NCBI GenBank assembly: GCA_038087875.1
Contig: JAXLNO010000228.1
Location: forward strand, 1-61,079
From: Malacoraja senta
Taxonomy: Eukaryota
Length of the DNA stretch: 61,079 nucleotides
Reading direction: 5' to 3'
The translations under genes and the position numbers were made by a program. This document shows, in pieces, positions 50,963 through 61,079 of this stretch. Position 1 is the first letter of the stretch. Each line of letters begins with the position of its first letter. The notes under the pieces were generated by a model. It was not told the DNA's origin. It saw only the letters and a program-made list of their open reading frames with translations, and searched no databases.

Positions 50963-53900
50963 AATTCTCTCCCCCATTTAGAAAATAATCTACGCCTTTA
51001 TTCCTATGACCAAAATGCATAACTCCACACTTTGCCACACTATATTCCATCTGCTACTTCTCTGCCCAAGTCCTTCTGCAGAGCCCCTAGATTCTCTGGT
51101 TTCTCTACACTACCTGCCCCTCCAACTATTTTCGTATCATCTGCAAAGCCTTCAATCCCTTCATCCAAATCCTTAATATACAACGTGAAAAGTAGCGGCC
51201 CCAGCACCGACCCCTGCAGAACTCCGCTAGTCACTGGCAGCCACTCTTTGCCTTCTGCCATCCATCCAGCTATCCATGCTAGTATCTGCTCTTTGATACC
51301 ATGGGCTCTCACCTTCATTAGCAGCCTCACGTGTGGCACCTTATCAAAGGCTTTCTGAACGTCCAGCTATGACAACTTGACCTTCTTGAATGTATCAATG
51401 CCACTCGCTTCGAATTTCTCCACTGGAGACCTCAATTTCTAACCACTTACATACTCACCACATTGGCCTTCATCAGTCAGTCTATATTAAGTATGGAAGT
51501 TGGGAGGTCATGTTGCAGTTATATAAGACTTCGGTGAGGCCACATTTAGAGCATTGTGTTCAGTTTTGATCACCATGTTATAGGAAAGCTGTTGTCAAGC
51601 TGGAAAGGGTGCAGAGAAGATTTACGAGGATGTTACCAGGACTCGAGGGCCGGAGATATAGGGAGAGGTTGAGCAGGCTCTATTCCTGGAGCACAGGAGG
51701 ATGAGGGGTGATCTTACAGAGGTGTACAAAATCATGAGAGGACTAGATCGGCTAAACGCACAGTCTTTTGCTCAGAGTAGAGGAATCGAGAATCAGAGGA
51801 CGCAGGTTTAAGGTGAGGGGGAAAGATTAATAGGAACCCGAGCGGCAACATTTTTTTACACAAAGGGTGGTGGTTATATGGAATGAGCTGCCAGAGGAGG
51901 TAGTTGAAGCAGGAACTATCGCAAGGTTTTAGAAGCATTTAGATAGGTACGTGGATAGGATAGGGCCAAACATAGGATAGGAGAGGGATAAAAGGACAAA
52001 CACAGATGGTGGCACTCGTGGAGATGGGGCATATTGGTCTTTGTAGGCAAGTTGGGCCGAAGGGCCTGTTTCTACACTGTATGACTCTATTCCTAACCCT
52101 CCCAAGTTCCCTACTGCTTTTATTGGTGGCCATCTTACATCTGTACCCTTTAGTTCTGGTCTTGCCTGGAACAATAAGCCAAGCAGGAATGACTAATTCC
52201 AAGAACAGAAGAGAAACATGCCTGGAAGAGGGATTCTGAATGTACTTCAAAAGGCTGCGGGTACTTGAAATATGAAGCAAAAGCAGCAAAATGCTCAAAA
52301 CAGTCAACAGGCTGGACAGCTTCCAGTTCCTGATGAAAGGTCACAGATTCAAATCATCATTTAGTTTAGTTTAGTTTAGTGATACAGTGCAGAAACAGGT
52401 CCATCGGCCGACTGAGTCAGTGCCAACCAGCAATCTCAGCATATTAGCACTGTCCTACACACTAGGGACAATTTACAATCTTTACCCAAGCCAATTAATC
52501 AACAAACTTGCACGTCTTTGGAGTGTGGGAGGAAACCGGAGCACTCGGAGAAAAATCATGTGGTACAGGGAGAAGGTACAAACTCCGTACAGGCAGCACC
52601 TGTAATCAGGATCAAACCCGGGTTTCTGGTGCTGCAAGGCAGTAACTCTACCGCTGCACTACCGTGCTGCACCTATTTCACCCAGCACTGGGCTTACTCG
52701 AACCAGTTTTGTTTTCAAAATTGTTTTCAAACTGTTATTTTGAAGAGATTTGGAAATCTTGTTTAGGCAAAGCAGTGAAACTGCTATTGCTGACTTCTAA
52801 TGCAACATCTTGACCCACAGTGGCTGGTTAAAGAGACTGTACATGGCCAGACAATGATTCAGTCTGGCTGTGTGCCAACATCCCAGTTATGATTGCTCCC
52901 TTCCAGAGAACCATTTACTTGACTTTACTATAGACTTTAGAGATACAGCATGGAAACAGGCACTTCGGCCAACCAGTGATCACCCGTACACTAACACTAT
53001 CCTACAAACACTTGGGATAATTTACAAGTTACAGAAGCCAATAACCCACAAGCCTGTACATCTTTGAGATATGGGAGGAAACTGGAGCACCCGGAGAAAA
53101 ATCCACACAGTTACAGGGAGAACGTACAAACTCCGTACAGACAGCGTCCATAGTCAGGATTGAACCGGGGTCTGTGGCGCTGTCAGGCAGCAACTCTACC
53201 GCTGTCAAGCCCCTATCAAGCAACAATCGTGGAGAGAATTGGACAGAGGACAATTTGGATAGGATCCTTTCTTCAGTCTATTTCTCTCCACAATGCTGCC
53301 TAACCTGCTAAGTTCATCAACAATCTCCCTGTGACCGCGTGGGTTTCCTCCCACACTACAAAGACGTGCAGGTTTGTAGTTAATTGGTTTCTGTAAATTC
53401 TCCCTTGTGTGTAGGATAGAACTAGTACACGGATGATCATTGGTCGGTGTGGACTCAGTGGGCTGAAGGCCCTGCTTCCACGCTGTATCTTTGAACTAAA
53501 CTGAATCTAGTTACCGAAAATAGAGAATTTATCTTTGGGTTATAAGATACCCAAGCGGAATGAGGTGGGGTGCCAACATGAAGAAGGGTCTCGACCCGAA
53601 ACGTCACCCACGCTGGTTATACATCAAAGATAGACACAAAATGTTGCAGTAACTCAGTGGGACAGGCAGCATCTCTGGAGAGAAGGAATGGGTGACGTTT
53701 CTTCAGACTGAGAGTCAGGGGAGAGGGAGATGAGATATGCTGTTCCTCCTATTTGCATTTGGCCTCACCCTGACAGTGGAGGACAGCACCACATTGTTTG
53801 CTTGGGCAGATTACAACCCAGCAGTGTGAATGTTGATTTCTCTAACTTCAAATAACCTTTGCTTTCCCTCTCCTCCGTCTCTCCCACACCCTAGTTCTCC

Positions 53901-56159
53901 TACTAGTTTCACTATCCTGATTAATTTTACAATTTGTATGCCTTGTTTGTACACCCCCCAAACTTCCTCCCACATTGTCATCATCTGCTTGGATCTGTCC
54001 TTTTCACACTTATGTGCTTTGTACCCTTCCATATCTCGTTAGACACAAAGTGCTGGAGTAACTCAGTGGGGCAGCAGCATCTCTGGGAGAGATGGAATGG
54101 TTAACGTTTCAGGTCGACACCCAAGAAAGGTCCAGACCCGAAACGTCACCCATTCCTTCTCTCCAGCGATCCTGACTATATGTGTTGGGTTGGTTGTACA
54201 TCTTGTAGATCAGGCTGTTTGAGCCCGTGTCACTATTGTATCGGAGTCAGCACTTCATCACAGTGAGTACAAGTTGCTTACAATGAATGCAGGCGAATAC
54301 CACATTAACCAGCCGTCAGCACACACACACACTGACACTGCTCTGGCCGATCCTTGGGAGCTTCCCCGTTGTGAAAGGACACAAGGCGGTTCGTACTGAA
54401 CATTCATCAACCAAACATCTACCATCATTCACGGGAGAGATCTGATCCCCAGGCTCATAAAATCAGGGGAAATAAGACACAGCTTCACAAAACAGGCAGA
54501 TCACAAGGTCAATATAAACTCTGTGGAATTCTCTGCCACAGAAAGCAGTGGAGGCCAATTCACTGGATGTATCCAAGAGAGTTAGATACGCCTCTTAGGG
54601 CTAATCAAGGGTTGTGGGGGAGAAAGCAGGAACAGGGTACTGATTCTGGATGATCAGACATGATCATATTAAATGGCGGTGCTGACTCGATGGGCCGAAT
54701 GGCCTACTCCTGCACCTACTTTCTATGTTTCTAAATCATTTAAGGGCAGCAGAGTGGTGCAGCCTGGTACAGCAGGAGACCCGGGTTCGATCCTGACTGC
54801 AGGTGCTGTCTGTGTGGAGTTTGCAGATTCTCCCTGTGACCGCGTGGGTTCCGCTTTCCTCCCACATCCCAAAGACGCGAAGGTCTGTAGGTTGTAGGAA
54901 CTTTTTAGGTTCTGTAGGTTGTAGGAGGTAACTTTGTTTTACACAAAGGGCAGTGGGTATATGGAACGAGCTGCCAGAGGAGATAGTTAAGGCAGGTACT
55001 AACATAACGTTTAAGAGACATTTGAACAGATAGGATAGGGTTCGAGGGATATGGTTCAAGCACAGATGGGACAAGCATTGATGGAGCATGTTGGCCAATG
55101 TGGGCAAGTTGGGCCAAAGGGCCTGTTCCCAAGCTGTATGACTCGATGCCTTTATGCGAGCAATAGCACTATCAAAGGTTGGCAATGATCAATGAAACGG
55201 AGGCAGAGAGATTTAGTACGAAGATAGACACAAAATGTTGGAGTAACTCAGAGGGGCAGACAACATCTCTGGAGAGAAGGAATGGGTGACGTTTCGGGTC
55301 GCGACCCTTCTCTCCAGAGAGGCTGAGCTACTGCAACATTTTGTGTCTATCTTCGGTGTACAACCAGCATCTGTAGTTCCTTCCTGCACACAGAGGTTTT
55401 GTGATGGATTCCCTCAGCTTACGACCACAGCTGCATCGGTGGAGGAATAAAACTCAGGGATGAGCAACCCACACTCAGAGGAACATGAACCCTGTGCTGA
55501 GATCCTGAACGGCAGATGTTCATTACAGCTCTATTTTTATATGAAAAAACCCCACTCCCCTCTAGAAGCAGAACAACAATTTAAATCCTGCACATGCACA
55601 GATGCCCGTGATTTCACAGCAGGATCTTTTCTGCCATGAAGGAAATGTGGTTGAGTTTCACCAGAAACGGACTCATTCAACATTTTAATAGGAACACAGA
55701 CCCCAGGAAGCCAAGGCCATTGACTCCCCTGTGGCAGCTCCTCTCTTCAACAGCAACACTTGATTTATTTTACTTCCATGCCACTTTCCTGAACCCACCC
55801 ACATCTCTCCATCCCCTAGATATTCATAATTGAACAGGGCAGCACGGTGGCGTAGAGGTAGAGTCGATGCCTTACAGCGCCGGAGACCCGGGTTCGATCC
55901 CGACTACGGGTGCTGTCTGTGCGGAGTTTGGACGTTCTCCCCGTGGGGTTACTCCCAGATCTTCGGTTATCTCCCACACTCCAAAGACGTACAGGTATGT
56001 AGGTAAATTGGCTTGGTAAATGTAAAAGATTATCTGTAGGATAGTGTTAATGTGCGGGGATCGCTGGTCGGCGCGGAACCGGAGATACAAAGGGCCTGTT
56101 TCCGCGAACTAAACTAAACATAATTGACCCATTCATTGTGTCCATGCTGGCTCGTATGG

Positions 56160-56846
56160 CGAGCTATCCAAGTGGTCCCCCACCCCTGTCACCCAGAGGG
56201 GGGAGATGGGGGAGATGGGGGAGGGGGGAGGGGGGAGGGGGGAGAGAGTGGGAGAGGGCGGACTTGAACTCGGCGAGGGGGCGGCGCGGACGGGTCCGAC
56301 TGCGAGCGGGCGGCGGTCCTCGGCAGCTCTCGGGACCTCAGAAGCCCAACCAAATTACCACGTTCAGTGGCTTCAATCCAGGCCCTGGAAGGGGGGGGGG
56401 GGGGGAGAGGGCGGCTGGGCTGTGGGCGGGGCAGGGCGGGTGGCCGGCCGGCCGAGTGCCAGTCGACGGTGAGCGGGAGGTGACAAAATGACTGTGAGTG
56501 GGTTTAACGTAACTCGCAGCTCGTGCAAAAACAGTGCCCAGCAGGCTGCGTTTGAAAACTGTGCAGCCGGCCGCGAGGACCAGAGCCATTGTGACGTCAT
56601 CAGCTCGTTAGCATTAAAAAATATCTGAGATTTGTGAACAATTTTAAGAAACAATTCAAGAAATAATGAATCAAATTTTCAGATGAGGCGATTTTCGAGA
56701 TCATGAGGTAAATATCTAGCGGAATATGTAAAAATGTCATCGTTAGCGCCTCGTGTTTTCGAGGAGATGTGACACAGAAAAACACACAAATACACATACA
56801 CAAATACATTGACATCCAAGATCAGAGTGTTATAAGAATACTGATA
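56160..56846 (+). mobile_element. Possible non-autonomous Helitron/Helentron-like element
   Basis: GC-rich 5' part, tgacgtca, aaattttcag..gttttcgaggagat, (ac)-rich microsatellite, caagatcagagtgttata..gat end. No TIR or TSD found. Confidence 0.4.
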
Positions 56847-57415
56847 TTTCAGCTAACCTGTTACTGTCACAGAAACAATTTAGAGTTTACAGATACAGTA
56901 CGGAAACTGGCCCTTTGGCCCACTGAGTCCACGCCGACCAAGGTTCAGCCCAAACACTAGTTCTATCCTACACACCGGGGGCACTTTACAAGCCAATTAA
57001 CCTGCAAACCCGTACGTCTTTGGAATGTGGGAGGAAACAAGAGCACCCGGAGAAAACTCACACAGGTCACGGGGAGAACGTGCAAACTCCACACAGACAG
57101 CACCCGTGGTCAGGATAGAAGCCGGGTCTCTGGGGCTGTTAGGCAGCAACTCACCTCTGCGCCACTATGCCACCCAATGCAGTATTCAATTTGCCATCCT
57201 CCCTTGTATCGAACAGACTTTGACCCTGTCCAAGTGTCACATGCAATGTTACACAGCTTTCACATCGACTGCTCAGTGAAACACTGTGGATAGCGACCCA
57301 CTCCTGGAGACTGTACACAACGGTGACAGAATCACAGTTCCGTCCCATTGTGTCCTTGCTTGCACTGTCTAAACAGGGTGCCTGTGACAGACCTGGAGTC
57401 AATCACACAACTATA

Positions 57416-57884
57416 CAGGTCCACCACCACTGATTCTCCGGCAGGTAGACAAAAGTGCTGGAGAAACTCAGCGGGTGAGGCAGCATCTATGGAGCAAAGG
57501 AATAGGCAAAGTTTCAGGCCGAAACCCTTCTTCTTCTTGAACATTGATTCTCTTGGCATCCTTGATTCCAAAGACTTTCCGGATTATCCATTTTGCCGCA
57601 CCGGACAGAGGTCACGGCCTCCGAGAGGAGTACAACGATACCGGAACGGTTTACCTAGGCCGCTGAGTCGGCCTCGGAAGTCGAATATGGGAACTCTAGA
57701 GCCCCGATGTAGGGGGATGATTCCACCTGCAGAAGTCCCAATGAAATCGAGATCGGCCGCATCACCCGGCCGAGGTACCATATTTACGGTGGGACTTCTT
57801 GGGGACGGGGGTCCGGAATTTCAAAGGTGCTCTCGTAACTTTGTCCGGATTAAAGGAGGTGCCGGACAATCGGTGGTGGACCTG
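57416..57884. mobile_element. Tigger/Tc1-mariner-like MITE with a Penelope repeat inserted
   Basis: TIR caggtccaccacc..gatt.tccggca / tgccggacaatcggtggtggacctg, TA TSD at 57414-15 and 57885-86. Confidence 0.8.
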
Positions 57885-59120
57885 TACTGAGTTCCCTGTC
57901 CCCAACTATATTCCCTACACACTGCAGAACAGTTTGCAGATGACACCACCGTGGTGGGCCAGATCATGTCTGTAACGATGGGTCCATAATCACGACCAAG
58001 TCGCACCCTGGCCACTCCCTCTTCTCCCCTCTCCCATCAGGCTAAAGGTATAGAAGGTACAGAAGTGTGAAAACGCACACCACCTGATTCAGAAACAGTT
58101 TCTTCCCAGCTGTTATCAGGCAACTGAAACAGGTCCTTCAGCCCATCCAGTCCCACGCCGACAAGTGATCCCCGTACACCAACACCAACCTACACAATGG
58201 GGACAATTTACAATTTTTTCCCGAGCCCATTATTCGCCAAAGCTGTGCGTCTTTGGAGTCTGGGAGAAAACCGGAGCACCTGGGGAAAACCTATTTGGTC
58301 ACAGGGAGAACGTGCAAACTCCGTACAGACAGCACCCATCGTCAGGATCGAACTCGGGTCTCTGGTGCTGTAACGCAGCAACTGTACCGCTGTGCCATCA
58401 TGTCGCCCTTACACCAACATAATTCTTATGCACTGTCAACTACATCCGACAGTGACACACACACACACAGCTGCAATGCCTAGACTAATTTCACACATTC
58501 CCAATTCAAAACTCAGATCAAATTTTAAACGTCACATATGGCTCTGAGTCATCGTCATGTCAGGGAGCGAGGCCCTAATGCCAGTGGAGATGATAGAGGC
58601 ATTAAAATGAGATAGTAACCAGGGCTCCATCTGTCCTTGCAGATGGATGGCAAATATTCCAAGAGAATATTACCGGGACAGAGTGTGAATCATGTTGGTA
58701 GTCCAGTCAATGCTTATTCCTCAACGGATTATCTGATCAATGATCACACAGGGGATTTCCTGTGGTCTACATATTTACATATTTGCTGTTTTCCTCACTT
58801 GCAAAGTAATTCATTGGATGGAAATTATTTGGGGGTATCTCACTTCTATAAAGAGAACGGATCAAATGTGTAGGAAGGAACTGCAGATGCTGGTTTATAC
58901 CGAAGATAGGCCCAAAATGCTGGCGTAACTCAGCGGGACAGGCTGCATCTCTGGAGAAAACAGATAGGTGATGTTTAGAGACAGGACCATTCTTCAGTCT
59001 GAACCTGAAATGTCAGCTATCCTTTTTCACCAGAGATGCTGCCTGACCCGCTGAGTTACTCCAGCACTTTGTGTCCTCTTTTAGGCAAATTGAATGGTTG
59101 ATGCTTTATTAACATTTAAA

Positions 59121-59261
59121 GGGGTCAAGGAAAGAGCGTTCACGTCGCGGCCCTGTTTCCACATGAAGCGCAAGACAGACACAATTGTGCAGATGCCGAG
59201 AAGTGTGTTCAGCTCTGGCTGAACAGCTTCTAATCTTGTGTGTGGACTCGATAAGAAGAAG
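59121..59261 (+). mobile_element. Short retroposon family B, second copy (internally deleted), with CPEB3-like ribozyme core
   Basis: Perfect 10-bp TSD aacatttaaa (59111-59120, 59262-59271). Sequence GGGGUC AA GGAAAGA GCG UUCACGU CGC GGCCCU G UUUCCA C, with the 3' strand of P2 deleted. 3' part near-identical to 28558-28656. Confidence 0.88.
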
Positions 59262-61079
59262 AACATTTAAACTGTTGCCATAGTGATGAGAACATTCTCT
59301 CTTTATCCCTTCAATCATACTGATACCCACTTCCTGTCTCAGGAACGCCAACTCTTGTGCTTTTTTGTCTTTGCTGTTTTAGACTATAGAGACACAGCAC
59401 AAAAACAAGTCCTTCGGCCCACCAAGTCCGTGCCGAACGAACGATCACCATGTACACTAGCACTATTCCACACACCAGGGACTATTTTACAACGTTACTG
59501 AAGTCATTTAACCTACAAACCCGCACGTCTTTGGGATGTGGGAAGAAACCGGAGCACCGGGAGCAAACCCATGCGGTCACAGGGAGAATGCACAAAGACT
59601 CCGTACAGACAGCACCCGCAGTCAGGATCGAACCTGGGTCTCTGGCGCCGTGAGGCAGCAACTCTACCGCTGCGCCACCGAGCCGCACATTGAGACAAAC
59701 TTTGTAACGGTCCGTCGGTTCATCCAAGTTTCCCAACGTCTTTCCTAATCCTTCAGCGTGTTGTTCAATGCCTCGTCTCAGCATGGATCGCCACAGACAT
59801 TCATGTTTGAGAAACAAACCCTTAGAATGAGGCAGCAAACATATTTGGCACACCCACTATCAACATTTCACCGCGGCCCATTGAATTACCTCTGATCTAA
59901 ACCAAATCTGGCAGCTAAAGCTTGTTAAGTTTTACCACATGAGTTGTGGGTTTAAATGGACAAACTTATCAGCAAATATGTCAAACTTCTCAGCCTTCTA
60001 GAATGCTTGCCATTACTCTACATTGACCTCTCACAAGGAAGTGGTATGCCAAGCAATCTGTTTATACCTTGTTCCATACTACCGGCTATCTTCAAGCTAT
60101 TGATAACGTATAATCACGGTAGACTCAATGAGTTCTTGCAGTATCTATAAAAAATCTCTCAAGAAATGTGCATATTATATGGAAGGTAGACACAAAATGC
60201 TGGAGTAACTCAGCGGGACAGGCTGCATCTCTGGTGAGAAGGAATGGTGACGTTTTGGGTCGAGACCCTTTAACTTAGTTTAGAGATACAGTGCAGAAAC
60301 AGGCCCTTCGGTCCACCAAGTCCACACCGACCAGTGATCCTGGCACATTAACACCACCCTACACACACTAGGGACAATTTTACATTTATAAACAAGCCAA
60401 TGAACCTACAAACCTGTACGTCTTTGGAGTGTGGGAGGAAACCGAAGATCTCGGAGAAAACCCACGCGGGTCACGGGGAGAACGTACAAACTCCGTACAC
60501 ACGGCACCCGTAGTCGGGATCGAACCTGGGTCTCTGGCGCTGTAAGGCAGTAACTCTATCACAAAGCCACCGTGTCGCTGCATTTTTCAGACTGAGAGTC
60601 AGGGGAGAGGGAGACTAGAGATGTGGAAGGGTAAGGTGTGAAAATGACAGATCAAAGCAGACGATGCTCAAGGAAATGTAGAATGTTAACTGATTAGCTG
60701 GTTAGCTGAGGGGAAGATGACAAGACATGCAATCAGCAACATTAATCAGGAGTATAAAACTGTCAAAGAACTAGGGTGGGGGAGGGACGAAGAGAGAGAG
60801 GAAAGACCAGGGTTACTTGAAGTTAGAGAAATCAATATTCATACCGCTGGGTTGCAGCCTGCCCAAGTGAAATATGAGGCGCTGTTCCTCCGATTTGTGT
60901 GGGGCCTCCCTCTGACAGTGGAGGAGGCCCAGAACAGAAAGGTCAGTGTGGGAATGGGAGAGGGAGTTAAAATGTTTAGCGACTGGGAGATCACGTAGGC
61001 CTTTTCATGTTTAGGCTGTATTCTGCCTTCACGCAAAAATATTTACAGCTTGTTTGAGGAAACACCTTCTTAGAATCAT

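Larger units (their letters stand above)
47780..51357 (-). mobile_element. 5'-truncated CR1/HER1 LINE split by a hAT-like element and a SINE
   Basis: RT remnants ([50 protein letters not shown]) at 50342-51357. 3' part at 47780-47968 and 50161-50340. Confidence 0.9.

Noticed and set aside
54259..54290. cacagtg heptamer as a possible V(D)J recombination signal
   Set aside because: No nonamer at 12- or 23-bp spacing and no V/J segments.
56138..56491. GC-rich, G-quadruplex-prone stretch as a host CpG-island promoter or ORF
   Set aside because: It appears to be internal to a repeat element and no first exon was found.
57348..57890. 180-aa ORF
   Set aside because: It is a read-through across a MITE and a Penelope insertion.

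Overview
Eukaryotic, repeat-dense DNA, inferred to be a cartilaginous fish (probably skate/ray) from its HE1-like V-SINEs, HER1/CR1 LINEs, DeuSINE remnants and Penelope repeats. I found no host protein-coding exon, so this is probably intergenic or deep intronic sequence. The window holds a full-length but decayed Mag-lineage Gypsy element (33236-40242, minus) with a nested L2 LINE, a deleted class I ERV (~6200-8110), a 5'-truncated L1 with TSD carrying a Harbinger MITE, several hAT-like and Tigger-like non-autonomous DNA transposons nested up to four deep, about 25 V-SINEs, and many CR1, Rex1 and Penelope fragments. The main result is three short (140-175 bp) TSD-flanked, (GAA)n-tailed retroposons from two families (28482-28656, 39653-39803, 59121-59261). 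Each begins exactly at G1 of a minimal HDV/CPEB3-type ribozyme fold. One carries the core GCGUUCACGUCGC, which as I recall it is identical to the mammalian CPEB3 ribozyme core. These look like promoter-less, ribozyme-headed SINE-like elements. Penelope-type minimal hammerhead motifs, a 46-nt extended tRNA-Leu PBS, a 28-bp TIR-only insertion and a CCAAT-box minisatellite are also present. All calls were made by eye without database searches.
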